Shown here: in pieces, positions 29,645 through 40,005 of the stretch | Numbering within the stretch: position 1 is the stretch's first letter | How the letters are laid out: each line of letters begins with the position of its first letter | Origin: an uncultured Oscillospiraceae bacterium | GTDB taxonomy: Bacteria > Bacillota > Clostridia > Oscillospirales > Oscillospiraceae | Assembly: GCA_910584835.1 (NCBI GenBank) | Contig: CAJUEG010000005.1 | Location: 113 to 64,112, forward strand | Length of the DNA stretch: 64,000 nucleotides | Direction of reading: 5' to 3' | Translations under genes and position numbers: made by a program | The notes under the pieces: model-generated | Seen by the model: the letters and a program-made list of their open reading frames with translations, nothing else | Told to the model about the DNA's origin: nothing | Databases searched by the model: none

Positions 29645-32600
29645 TTGAAGCAAAAAACCATCAACCGTATTGTGTCCCTGCTTTTGGCGCTGGTATGCGC
29701 CGTGGGCCTGCTGCCCCTGTCCGCCTTCGCCGCTGGGTTGTCCAGCGCCCCCGGCTCCATCACGCAGAAGTCCTCGGACTACATGAAGATCAACGGCAAA
29801 TCTGTCCGCTATAAGGCCGCCAGCAGCGCCATCAACAGCGTGGGCCTGCCTTATGTTTTTGACGAACAGGTGACGGTTCCGGGTTATGGCGATGTTCGCG
29901 CCCTGTGCGCCTATCAGAAGGGCACCCTGGGCCCCGCCGCCAACGGCCAGAAGTGGAACTACAAAGAGGAAGTGAACAACGCCTCGCTGCGGGTTCTGCT
30001 GACCTACATTTATTCCTTCACCTACAATGATTTTACCGCCGCCGGGGACGCTGCCGGCCTGGGATCGTGGACGCAGTATTGGTCCGATATCTGGTTCATG
30101 GTGGCCCAGGCTGGGAGCTGGCTTTATGAGCATGGCACCATCCTGGACGTGAACAGCAACCGGGAGGGCTTTATCGAGCAGATGGCCGAGGAATTTGTGG
30201 CCGCCATGAAGCTGTACCATGACACCTACGGCCAGTCCTCCTGGATCACGGATTGGAACAAAATCGGCACGCACAGCATCATTGACAGCTCGGACGGCGG
30301 CAAAACCGGCAACTCCGCCTATGACTACATCGCTACTGGGGTAAACCTGGTATTGGATCACCCGGAGTATTTTCACAACTATCATTTGTGGATGTACGAC
30401 TGGGACAAAAGCCAGCCCTGGAAGCTGGCGGGCCAGTCCGGGGTGCCCATGCAGCGGCTTTTGATCGCCGTGCCGGAGGACAGCCCGATTGACGATACCC
30501 TTCAGCTCACCGTGAAAAAACTGGAGGCGGGCAGTAATAAGCCGATGGCCGGGGTTTCCTTCAAAATTGAGAACGCGGCTGACCCCGGTGCCTTCTCCGT
30601 CACCCGCACCACCGGCGTGGACGGCACCTTGACGCTGACCGACGCGGACGGGCTCACCGCGGGCCAGTACCTGATCACCGAGGAAGCCGTGCCGGAGGGG
30701 TATGTGGCGCAGACTACCTCCCAGCTCGTCACCGTCCTGCCCAACGGTTCCGCCAACAGCGTGTTCACCTTCTACAACGAGCCGACCACGACAACGACCA
30801 CCCCCGGCACCGGCTCCGTCCGTAAGGTAAACGCCGATAACCCCACCGAGGGCATCCCCGGCGCTGTCATTCGTATCACCAGCGTGAAGCTGGATGACGG
30901 CGGCAGCTACTTCGGGGAGTTCGTCACCAAGGAGGGCGGCTACATTTCCAAGGAAGATTTGGATTTTTCCACCCTGCCCACCGGGGCATATCTCGCGGAG
31001 GAGATCACCCCGCCCGAGGGCTTCATCCTCAGTTCCGACGTGTCCAAGGTGAAGCAGCCCTTTGTGTGGGACGGCAAAACCGACGTGTCCCTGGTGTTTG
31101 AAAATTCGGCCAAGGTCAAGGTCCAACTCAAAAAGGTGGACGAGAGCGGCCAGCCCCTGGCCGGGGCCATCTTCGTGGTTTTGCGGGACGGGCAGGTGAT
31201 CGCCACCGAGGAAACCGGGCCGGACGGCACCATCACCGTGTCCCACGTCACCGAGGGTTACTACGAGTTCCGAGAGGTGTCCGTACCCGCCCCCTTTGAT
31301 GTGGACAGGTCGCCGGTGGGCGTCCACGTCAACGCCGAGGATTTGCAGGGGGAACAGACCATCCTGGTCGAGAAAATGAACCATCACAAGCGGGCCTTGA
31401 CCGTTTCCAAGCGCGATCTGGAAACGGGCGCGCCCGTACCCAACACTTCCTTCCATATCCACGGCGTCAACCTGGGCTATGAAAACGATGTGGTGACGGG
31501 CGCGGACGGCACCGTTACCCTGTCCGATATGCCCAGCGGGTGCTACGAGATCACCGAAACGGACGTGCCCGCGCCCTACCTGCTGGACGAAAACAACCGC
31601 AAGACCGTCTGGATCGACGCCGCCAAAGACCAGGACGTGGTGGCGGACTTCCGCAACAGCACCCGGCCCGGCCTGCGCATTTTGAAACAGGATCAGCAGA
31701 CAGGGGCTCCCATCGAGGGCGCAACCTTTTTGGTGGAGGAAGTCAACGGCGGCTACAATGACCAGCACCTTACCGACAAGGACGGCCTGATCGTGCTGGA
31801 CGGCCTGCGGCCCGGCGCGTACACCATCACGGAGGTGAAGCCCGCCCCCGGCTATGTGGGGGACGACACCCCCCGCACGGTCTATCTGGAAGAAAACCGT
31901 ACCTGCATCGTGGAGCTGACCAACCTGCGTAAGCCCGATCTGAAGATCGTGAAGGAGGACAGTATCACCCACAGCCCCATTGAGCACGTCAAATTCCAGG
32001 TGTGGCGGGGCAGCGATGACACCATCACTGGAGAGCTGAACGACCTGGGCACCTTCTACACAGACAAAAACGGCGTGATCCTGTTGGAGAAGCTGGAAAC
32101 GGGCTGGTATCGGGTGAAGGAGCTGGAGCCCGCCCCCGGCTACACCATCAAGCAGCCGGACACCCAGGACATCTATTTGAAGGCCGGGGAAACCTACGTT
32201 GCCCGCTTTGAGAACACCCCGAAAAACGCCATCGTGGTGGAGAAATATGACAATGTGACCCACGAGGCTTTACCCGGCTGTACCTACCAGCTCCGCTGGC
32301 TGGGTGGTTCCTCCGGCACAGGCGGCACCGTGATCGGCCAGAAGGTGACAGACAAAAACGGCATCGCCATGTGGACAGGGTTGGAGCCGGGGACCTATCT
32401 CATTGAAGAAGTAGACCCTGCCGATGGCTATTCCATCATCCAGTCCAGTGAAACGGTTTTCCTGGCTGACAGCGGGGAGCAGAGCGTTGTCACCGTCCGT
32501 TTTTCCAATTCGCCGGATGGCAGTTTGTTGATCCGTAAGGTGTGCGCCACCAATCCCTCCGTCACCCTCCAGAACGCCGAGTTCAAGGTGATGTATTCGG

Positions 32601-35371
32601 ACGGCACTTTGATCGGGGACAGCAACGGCATCTTCCGCACCGATGAAAATGGCGAAATCCTCATTTCCGGGCTGAAGCCGGGAAAGAGCGTTGTTGTCAC
32701 CGAGACACGCGCCCCCGCAGGCTTTTTGATCGACACGCAGAGCGCCACGATCCAGATCAAAGAGGGACGCACCGTGTCCGTGACCATGAAAAACCAGCCC
32801 AAGGGAAAATTGATCATCCAGAAACGGAGCCAGGACAACCAGCCGTTGAGCGGGGCCGAGTTCCGCATCACGACGGCGGCAGGCTGTGAGGTGGGGCTGG
32901 ACGGCGTGATCGGCACCAGCACTTTGACCTCCAACGGTATTTTCCGAACCGACGCCCAGGGGGAGATCCGCATCACCAACCTTGCCCCCGGCGCTTATGT
33001 GCTGACCGAGATCAAGGCCCCGGACGGCTATGTGATGGACAGCCCCAGCACCAATGTTGTCATTGGCACCGGGGGCGATACCCAAACCGTTGTGGTGAAG
33101 AACAGCAAGGCCGGTTCGCTGGTGATCTTGAAAAAGAGCACGGACGGCAAGCCCCTCAAGGGGGTGGAGTTCAAGGTCACGACCTCAACGGGCGAGTTCG
33201 TGCCGGACGCCAGCGGGCGCATCAGCTCCAACGGCCTGTACTACACCGACAAGGACGGCAAGATCACCATCAATGGCGTGGTGGGGACGCTGGTAGTCAC
33301 CGAGACAAAGAGCATCCCCGGCTACTCCATCGACGAGGCCACCCGGACGCAGACCGTGGACGTGCGGCCCAACGACACGCAGACCCTCTATTTTTACAAC
33401 AAGGCGGCAACCACCGTCGTGATCGAGAAATTCATCGAGGGCACCGACAACCAGCCTTTGAAGGGCGTGACCTTCCTTGTCACGGACAGTTCCGGGGCCG
33501 TCGTTGGCAACAGCAACGGCGAGTTCGTGACGGACGAGGCGGGCCGGATCGTCCTGGAGGGGCTGGAGCCCGGCACCACTGTCACCGCCCGCGAGATCAA
33601 GACCGTGGAGGGCTACGAGCTGGACGGCCAGCCCAAATCCATTTTAGTCCGGGAGGGGACGGTCCAGTACCTCCGCTTTTATAACAAAAAGCTGGGTTCT
33701 ATCGTCGTGCGGAAACTGGATAAAAACGACCTGACTCCGCTGGCCGGGGTGGAGTTCCAAATCGTCTACTCCGATGGCCGCTACCTGGACGACGACAACG
33801 GCCACCTGTCCTCCAAGGGGCTGTATAAGACGGACAGCAACGGGGAAATCCGCATTTCCGGCGTGTCCGGCACGCTGGTGATCACCGAGACAAAGCCCCT
33901 GCCCGGTTATGTGATGGACGAGGGCACCCGGACGCAGACGGTAAAGGTGAATCCCTCCGACACGCAGACCATCACGGTGTATAACACCAAAATCAAAGGC
34001 TTGACCATTGTGAAAAAGGACGGGCAGACCTCCGAGCGAATCCCCGGCGTCCAGATGGAAGTGCGGAAGCTGAACGGGGAGATCATCGGCACCTTCACCA
34101 CCGACAGCAACGGCATGATCCAGCTCCCCCAGGCGGAAAAGGGCTGGTATGAAGTCATAGAATTGAAGGCCGCCGAGGGCTACCGCCTGGACGCCACCCC
34201 CCACCGCATTGAGGTGAAGGACGGCCAGCAGGCCGTGCTGGAAGTGACCAACCGCAAGGCCGGGAGCGCCATCATCCATAAGGTGGACAGCCTGACGGGC
34301 GAGGGGATTTTTGGTGTGACCTTCCTGGTGTCCGACAGCCGGGGCAACCCCATCGGCACCTATCAGAGCGACAACGAGGGCTATGTGTTCATCGACAAGG
34401 AGCTGGCGGACGGCAAGTACACCATCCGGGAGATCGAATGCGCGGACGGGTACATTTTGGACACCCAGCCCAAAACGATCTACATCCAGTACGGCGGCTG
34501 CTCCACCATCACCTGGCCCAATACCGCCGTGCGCGGCCAAATCCAGATCGTGAAGAAATCCGCCGACTACAACTCCGCCAACGGCCTGCCCGCCGGGACA
34601 CCGCTGGCCGGGGCCACCTTCGAGATTTACAACGAGCGCAACGGGAACAAGGTGGACACCATCGTGACCGACAGGAACGGTCTGGCGTCCTCCAAGGCCC
34701 TGCCTTTGGGCCGCTACACCATCAAGGAAACCAAGGCTCCGGCGAACTACGGCGCGACTACCGACACTTACACCGCCGTATTGGAGTTCAGCGGCCAGAT
34801 CGTGAAGCTGGAAATCACCAACAAGAGCGTGTCCACGGGGGTTTCCATTGAAAAGACCGGGCCCAAGGAGGCCATGCGCGGCCAGCCTGTGCGCTATGTG
34901 TTCAGCGGCATCGGCAACACCAGCAACGTGACGCTGGAATCCTTCTACTGGCGGGACACGCTGCCCGCCGCCGTGAAGCTGGATAAGGTGGTAACCGGCA
35001 CCTACAACTTCCCCGGCAATTACAAGATCGTGTATAAGGTGAACAACGCCGGGGACTACCGTACGCTGGCCGATAATCTCAGCACCAGCAAGAACTACAC
35101 CCTGGCCGCGTCCCCCGTGGCCCTGGGGCTGGCATCCAACGAGCGCGTCACCGAGATCATGTTCATCTTCGGGCAGGCTCCCGGCGGGTTCTCCCAGGTG
35201 GAGGCCCCCATGGTATACTGTGTGGCCCTGTCCAATCTGGCCCCTGGGAGCAGCTTTGTCAACGTGGCCGATGTGGGCGGCACCTATAACGGGGTATGGC
35301 TCCAGGCCGTGACCCGCTGGGTGACAAAGGTGTACGGCAAGCCCCAAAAGCTGCCCACCACCGGCTATTAA
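29645..35371 (+). CDS. Large SpaA/Cna-B repeat adhesin (conjugation-associated), ends LPTTGY
   Basis: Signal peptide; many K..D...PL.G..F...TD.NG...L.PG.Y...E..AP.GY repeats. Confidence 0.9.
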   Translation: MKQKTINRIVSLLLALVCAVGLLPLSAFAAGLSSAPGSITQKSSDYMKINGKSVRYKAASSAINSVGLPYVFDEQVTVPGYGDVRALCAYQKGTLGPAANGQKWNYKEEVNNASLRVLLTYIYSFTYNDFTAAGDAAGLGSWTQYWSDIWFMVAQAGSWLYEHGTILDVNSNREGFIEQMAEEFVAAMKLYHDTYGQSSWITDWNKIGTHSIIDSSDGGKTGNSAYDYIATGVNLVLDHPEYFHNYHLWMYDWDKSQPWKLAGQSGVPMQRLLIAVPEDSPIDDTLQLTVKKLEAGSNKPMAGVSFKIENAADPGAFSVTRTTGVDGTLTLTDADGLTAGQYLITEEAVPEGYVAQTTSQLVTVLPNGSANSVFTFYNEPTTTTTTPGTGSVRKVNADNPTEGIPGAVIRITSVKLDDGGSYFGEFVTKEGGYISKEDLDFSTLPTGAYLAEEITPPEGFILSSDVSKVKQPFVWDGKTDVSLVFENSAKVKVQLKKVDESGQPLAGAIFVVLRDGQVIATEETGPDGTITVSHVTEGYYEFREVSVPAPFDVDRSPVGVHVNAEDLQGEQTILVEKMNHHKRALTVSKRDLETGAPVPNTSFHIHGVNLGYENDVVTGADGTVTLSDMPSGCYEITETDVPAPYLLDENNRKTVWIDAAKDQDVVADFRNSTRPGLRILKQDQQTGAPIEGATFLVEEVNGGYNDQHLTDKDGLIVLDGLRPGAYTITEVKPAPGYVGDDTPRTVYLEENRTCIVELTNLRKPDLKIVKEDSITHSPIEHVKFQVWRGSDDTITGELNDLGTFYTDKNGVILLEKLETGWYRVKELEPAPGYTIKQPDTQDIYLKAGETYVARFENTPKNAIVVEKYDNVTHEALPGCTYQLRWLGGSSGTGGTVIGQKVTDKNGIAMWTGLEPGTYLIEEVDPADGYSIIQSSETVFLADSGEQSVVTVRFSNSPDGSLLIRKVCATNPSVTLQNAEFKVMYSDGTLIGDSNGIFRTDENGEILISGLKPGKSVVVTETRAPAGFLIDTQSATIQIKEGRTVSVTMKNQPKGKLIIQKRSQDNQPLSGAEFRITTAAGCEVGLDGVIGTSTLTSNGIFRTDAQGEIRITNLAPGAYVLTEIKAPDGYVMDSPSTNVVIGTGGDTQTVVVKNSKAGSLVILKKSTDGKPLKGVEFKVTTSTGEFVPDASGRISSNGLYYTDKDGKITINGVVGTLVVTETKSIPGYSIDEATRTQTVDVRPNDTQTLYFYNKAATTVVIEKFIEGTDNQPLKGVTFLVTDSSGAVVGNSNGEFVTDEAGRIVLEGLEPGTTVTAREIKTVEGYELDGQPKSILVREGTVQYLRFYNKKLGSIVVRKLDKNDLTPLAGVEFQIVYSDGRYLDDDNGHLSSKGLYKTDSNGEIRISGVSGTLVITETKPLPGYVMDEGTRTQTVKVNPSDTQTITVYNTKIKGLTIVKKDGQTSERIPGVQMEVRKLNGEIIGTFTTDSNGMIQLPQAEKGWYEVIELKAAEGYRLDATPHRIEVKDGQQAVLEVTNRKAGSAIIHKVDSLTGEGIFGVTFLVSDSRGNPIGTYQSDNEGYVFIDKELADGKYTIREIECADGYILDTQPKTIYIQYGGCSTITWPNTAVRGQIQIVKKSADYNSANGLPAGTPLAGATFEIYNERNGNKVDTIVTDRNGLASSKALPLGRYTIKETKAPANYGATTDTYTAVLEFSGQIVKLEITNKSVSTGVSIEKTGPKEAMRGQPVRYVFSGIGNTSNVTLESFYWRDTLPAAVKLDKVVTGTYNFPGNYKIVYKVNNAGDYRTLADNLSTSKNYTLAASPVALGLASNERVTEIMFIFGQAPGGFSQVEAPMVYCVALSNLAPGSSFVNVADVGGTYNGVWLQAVTRWVTKVYGKPQKLPTTGY

Positions 35372-35433
35372 GAAACCCATCAGGGATCGTGTCTCACCAT
35401 GAGACACGATCCCCCTTTTTACAGGAGGGAAAT

Positions 35434-35967
35434 ATGCCTGAAAAAAAGTACATCCGCTTTATCAACAGCGACTATAAAACACTGTTTCACCTCCCGGACG
35501 GCGGGCGCGTCAGGATCGTTTACCCTGATGGGCGGCAGGCTGATCGGGTGTGCCGTTTTATAGACGAGTACCACACAGACATTGGTGGCTATCACTACCA
35601 CATCTGTGAATTTGCCGAGCGCATGGAGCAGGTCGGCGCGAGGTACGCACCATTGGACTACATCCAGGATATGGAGTTCTACCGTAAGCATTTCTTTGCG
35701 GCCAGTGAAGCGGGCAGCGGTCCCGCCTATTACATCATTGATGAAACGGACACCCATGGTTTTGCCTTTGCCCCCAGGGACGCGGAGAAAGGCAAAAAAT
35801 ATTGTGTGTTTGAAATGGCGCCTAATAATTATCGCCCCTGTCCCGGTAAAGTCGTAATGTGGGTCAGAACCCTCCAGGATATCTGTCCACAGGCATGGGG
35901 TTTTGATCTGGCAAAGATCAGGGCCGTGACGCAAAGGCCGAAAAAGCGGCCCGGCCACAAGCATTGA
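35434..35967 (+). CDS. Hypothetical ICE protein
   Basis: RBS AGGAGG; IRFINSDYKTLF..PDGG...YHICEFAERME. Confidence 0.7.
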   Translation: MPEKKYIRFINSDYKTLFHLPDGGRVRIVYPDGRQADRVCRFIDEYHTDIGGYHYHICEFAERMEQVGARYAPLDYIQDMEFYRKHFFAASEAGSGPAYYIIDETDTHGFAFAPRDAEKGKKYCVFEMAPNNYRPCPGKVVMWVRTLQDICPQAWGFDLAKIRAVTQRPKKRPGHKH

Positions 35968-36102
35968 GTACGGCCAGCGCACAGGCGCAGACGCCGGACG
36001 CGAGGGCGCCCCCCTCTGGAACGGCAAATATCTTTCATTCTGTGCCGGAAATAAATCTCACCATGAGACACATTTCCGGCCCCCATTAAGGAGGCGAACA
36101 GC

Positions 36103-37002
36103 ATAGACCAACATAGGAAAGTCAAAGGAAGCCACCAAATCAGCGTCCAGGCCGCCGAGCTGCTGGAGGATATGAGGCCGCAGCATTACAACGGCGCGAA
36201 CCATGATGAAACGGTACGGACGGTCAATGATATTCTACAGGGCCGGGCGGATCGGACGGTGGACGCCTTTTTGACCGGCCTGCGGAATACGGGCGGCGAG
36301 GGCTACGCCCAAAGGGTGGAGGACATCAGCCGGGACATACAGGCGTTTTTGGCACAAAAGGCGCTCCTGTCCCAGCCCTACGCCAAGAGCAGCGACAAGC
36401 AGTTTCATTACCGCACGTCCACCCTCGACCCGGAGCGTCCGCTCAAGATCGTCAACCAGCGCATTTATGACAGCGCGGCCAAGGCAGGCTTTCCCCCTGG
36501 CTTTTTCCGGGAAACCTATTTTGACCGTGTGACGTTCTACTGCGTACCCGACCACACGGATTTTAAGTTTTCCCATTTCCCCGGCTGTACCTTCGCTGTG
36601 TGCCGGATCAGGGAGGCCGCTTTTGACGGCGCCAGTTTCTTTCTCTCCGAATTTCAGAACTGCGCCGTACAGTACGCCACGTTTTTCGCGGCATCCATCG
36701 ACCACACCCATTTCCATGACAGCAGCCTAAAAAATGTTTCATTCCAGAAGGCCCGTTTACGGACTTGCAACACCGTTGACTGTGAACTGGACGGCGTGGG
36801 TTTTCTGAACGCAACGTTAGACGGCTGTTTTTTTGGCCGGATCGCCGCCAGCGGCATCCGTAACCTGCACACCGCGACCATCACCCAGGGCGGCGGGACA
36901 AGCGGGGAAGCGGAGCGTAACCGGGAGGCCGTTTTTGCCGCGCTCTTGCCCCGGCAGGGAGAGCGGCGGGGCGCCCCCGAGAAAAGGCGGGGTGGACGGT
37001 GA
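36103..37002 (+). CDS. Pentapeptide repeat-containing protein; ATA start proposed
   Basis: AAFDG/ASFFL/SEFQN/ATFFA-type repeats; AAGGAGG-N8-ATA in frame. Confidence 0.7.
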   Translation: MDQHRKVKGSHQISVQAAELLEDMRPQHYNGANHDETVRTVNDILQGRADRTVDAFLTGLRNTGGEGYAQRVEDISRDIQAFLAQKALLSQPYAKSSDKQFHYRTSTLDPERPLKIVNQRIYDSAAKAGFPPGFFRETYFDRVTFYCVPDHTDFKFSHFPGCTFAVCRIREAAFDGASFFLSEFQNCAVQYATFFAASIDHTHFHDSSLKNVSFQKARLRTCNTVDCELDGVGFLNATLDGCFFGRIAASGIRNLHTATITQGGGTSGEAERNREAVFAALLPRQGERRGAPEKRRGGR

Positions 37003-38765
37003 AGAAACAATCTGACGGCGGCTATATCCAATGGATATTTCTCGCCCTGCCCGTCCTATGGATGGGGGCGGTGCTGGCCTACGCCTACGAGGACGGCATG
37101 AACCTGTTTGAACTTCTGCCACGTTTCGCCGCCGCTATGGAGCATCCCTTTGCCATCGGGTGGACGCCCCACACCCCCCGCTTTGTGCTGGGGGCGCTGG
37201 TGGCCTACGGCTTTGCCATCACCTTGTACCTGACCGGCAGGCAGAATCGCCGCCCTGGGGAGGAACACGGCTCCGCCCACTGGGGGAATGTGCATCAGCT
37301 TGACCGCAAATACCGGGACAAAAACCAGCACAACAACGCCATCCTGTCCCAAAACCTGCGCATGAGCCTGAACGGGCGGCAGCACCTACGGAACCTGTTA
37401 CAAATCGTGGTGGGCGGCTCTGGCTCCGGCAAGACCCGGTATGTGGTGAAGCCCAACATTTACGAGGCCAACGCCTCCTATATTGCGACTGATCCGAAAG
37501 GGGAGCTGGCCCGCGCCGCCGTTCCGCTGCTTCTCCGGGAGGGGTATGTGATCCGGGTGATCGACCTCGTAGACCTGGATCACAGCGATCATTACAACCC
37601 CTTCCACTACATCCGCAGCGACGCCGACGTGCTGAAGCTGATCGCCAATTTCATCCGCAACACCACACCGAAAGGGGCCCATTCCAACGATCCGTTTTGG
37701 GAGAAGTCCGAGATAGCATTGGACTCCGCCCTTATGCTCTACCTGCTCCATGAGGCGCCCCCGGAGGAACAGACCATGGAAATGATGTTGACCATGCTGG
37801 AATACGGGGCGGCCAAGGAGGGGGACGGGGACTATCAATCGCCCCTTGACCTGCTGTTTGAGGCATTAGAAGAAGAAAACCCGAACCATATCGCCCTGCG
37901 CCAGTACAAGGTGTTCAAGCAGGCCCCCAGCGAAACCGCTATGAGCATTTTGATCACAGCCTCCGTCCGGCTGGCCCCGTTCACCTTGCCGGAGGTACAG
38001 CGGATCACCAGCCGGGACACCATGGAGCTGGACAAGCTGGGGGAGCGGAAGCAGGCGGTGTTCTGCATCATCCCGGACAGCAACGACGCCTCGCTGAATT
38101 TCCTGGTGGGAATGTTGTATACGCAGGCGTTCCAGGAGCTGTACTATCAGGCGGACAAGGTTCACGGGGGCAGCCTGCCCATCCCGGTCCGGCTGATGTT
38201 CGACGAGTTCGCAAACGTGGCTTTGCCGGACGGCTACGCCCGGCTCCAGGCCACCATGCGCTCCCGGAATATCATGGCCACCATTATACTACAGAACATC
38301 TCCCAGTTGAAGGCTCTTTTTCGCGATGACTGGGAGGGCATCATCGGCAACGCGGACAGCTTCATCTACCTGGGCGGGAACGAGCAATCGACCCATAAGT
38401 ACGTTTCCGAGCTGCTGGGGAAGGAAACCATCGAAACCCGCACCAGCAGCCAAAGCAAGGGGCGAAACGGTTCCTACAGCCAGAATTTTCAACAGGCGGG
38501 CCGCGAACTTTTGACGCCAGATGAAGTGCGTATGCTGGACAACCGGCTTTCCATCATCCTGATCCGGGGCGAGGCTCCGGTGATGGACGCCAAATATGAC
38601 CTGGAACGGCACCCCAACCTCAAGTACACCGGGGACGGTGGGGCCGCCCCCTACGTCCACAACGCCCTATGTCTCTATGACGCGGGCGATCTGGACTTTG
38701 AATTTACATCCCTGGACGAAATCGAAATCATCGACGAATTGGAGGAATCTGACCATGAAAAATAA
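36999..38765 (+). CDS. VirD4/TraG type IV coupling protein
   Basis: EEHGSAHWG; GGSGSGKT; DPKGE; DEFAN; MRSRNI; RELLTPDE. Confidence 0.95.
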   Translation: MKKQSDGGYIQWIFLALPVLWMGAVLAYAYEDGMNLFELLPRFAAAMEHPFAIGWTPHTPRFVLGALVAYGFAITLYLTGRQNRRPGEEHGSAHWGNVHQLDRKYRDKNQHNNAILSQNLRMSLNGRQHLRNLLQIVVGGSGSGKTRYVVKPNIYEANASYIATDPKGELARAAVPLLLREGYVIRVIDLVDLDHSDHYNPFHYIRSDADVLKLIANFIRNTTPKGAHSNDPFWEKSEIALDSALMLYLLHEAPPEEQTMEMMLTMLEYGAAKEGDGDYQSPLDLLFEALEEENPNHIALRQYKVFKQAPSETAMSILITASVRLAPFTLPEVQRITSRDTMELDKLGERKQAVFCIIPDSNDASLNFLVGMLYTQAFQELYYQADKVHGGSLPIPVRLMFDEFANVALPDGYARLQATMRSRNIMATIILQNISQLKALFRDDWEGIIGNADSFIYLGGNEQSTHKYVSELLGKETIETRTSSQSKGRNGSYSQNFQQAGRELLTPDEVRMLDNRLSIILIRGEAPVMDAKYDLERHPNLKYTGDGGAAPYVHNALCLYDAGDLDFEFTSLDEIEIIDELEESDHEK

Positions 38766-39096
38766 CCACGACCTGACCCATTCCCGCGCCAAGGCCCGCC
38801 GCTATATGGCGGCGTGGACGGCCCTGGTGCTGTCCCTGGCCCTGTTCACCCTTCCGGTCTTCGCCGCGTCCGGCGGCGGCAGCGATCCCCTGTCCATCGT
38901 CAACAACCTGTCCGACTTCATTTTTTCGTGCATTAAGGCCATCGGCGTGATCATCCTGGGCTGGGGTATCGTCCAGCTCGGCATGAGCATCCAGTCCCAC
39001 GACGCCAGCCAGCGCAGCCAGGGTATGCTGTGCGTGTTCGGCGGGCTGATCATCGCGTTCAGCAAGGAAATCCTGTCCACCATCGGCGCGCTGTGA
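38755..39096 (+). CDS. VirB2/TrbC-like small membrane protein
   Basis: Three hydrophobic segments; SHDASQRSQG; position after VirD4. Confidence 0.7.
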   Translation: MKNNHDLTHSRAKARRYMAAWTALVLSLALFTLPVFAASGGGSDPLSIVNNLSDFIFSCIKAIGVIILGWGIVQLGMSIQSHDASQRSQGMLCVFGGLIIAFSKEILSTIGAL

Positions 39097-39159
39097 GGCG
39101 GGCCAATATCAACAGGGGAATCGTGTCTCATGGTGAGACACGATTCCCCATGGGGGTGA

Positions 39160-40005
39160 ATGACTATTAGTGACAACTGGATCGTCAATATTCTGGAAAA
39201 CGCGCTGGCAGACTGGAACGGCAAACTGTCCGAGATATGGACGCTGCTGACGCAGACCCCGCAGAACTTCAAAGGGGGCGATATCTGGACGGTGATCTCC
39301 AGCATACACACCGCCATGGTGGGGATCGGCTACGGCCTGCTGGTGCTGTTCTTCGCCATGGGCGTGTTCCAAAGCGCCGCCAGCTTCAAAGACTTCCAGC
39401 GCCCGGAATTTGCCCTGCGCCATTTCATCCGCTTCGTGCTGGCAAAGGTGGCCGTGGGGAGCTGCATGGAGATCATGACCGCCATTTTCAGCGTGTGCGG
39501 CGGGGTGGTTGCCACCGTCATGGCGGGCATGGGCGGCTCGGTGTCTACGGCGGCCACCCTGCCCGTGGAGATCGTGACGGCCATTGAGGGCCTGGGCCTG
39601 CTGGAAAGCATACCCTTGTGGCTGGTGTCCCTGCTGGGCAGCCTGTTTATCACCGTCATGTCCTTTATTCTGCTGCTGACGGTGTACGGGCGGTTTTTCC
39701 GGCTCTATCTGTTCACCGCCTTGGCCCCGCTCCCCCTGGCGTCCTTCGCCGGGGAGACTACCGCCGCCAGCGGCAAAGCGTTCCTCAAAAACTACATCGG
39801 CGTGTGCATGGAGGGGGCGGTGATCGTGCTGGCCTGCCTGATCTACTCCGCGTTCCTGTCCAGCAGCACCCCGGCGGCCGACGCCAGCCTGCCCGCCGTC
39901 ACCATGGCGTGGCAGTACATCGGGCAGCTAATTTTCAATATGCTGATCCTCACCGGGCTGGTGAAGGGTGCGGACAGGGTGGTAAAGGAGATGCTGGGGC
40001 TATAG
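39160..40005 (+). CDS. VirB6-like conjugation membrane protein
   Basis: Polytopic; VYGRFFRLYLFTALAPLPLA. Confidence 0.8.
   Translation: MTISDNWIVNILENALADWNGKLSEIWTLLTQTPQNFKGGDIWTVISSIHTAMVGIGYGLLVLFFAMGVFQSAASFKDFQRPEFALRHFIRFVLAKVAVGSCMEIMTAIFSVCGGVVATVMAGMGGSVSTAATLPVEIVTAIEGLGLLESIPLWLVSLLGSLFITVMSFILLLTVYGRFFRLYLFTALAPLPLASFAGETTAASGKAFLKNYIGVCMEGAVIVLACLIYSAFLSSSTPAADASLPAVTMAWQYIGQLIFNMLILTGLVKGADRVVKEMLGL

Noticed and set aside
39618..40001. N-terminal extension of the MT-A70 ORF in the track
   Set aside because: Overlaps the VirB6-like gene; family similarity starts at GKYNIIYADPPW (40002 onward).
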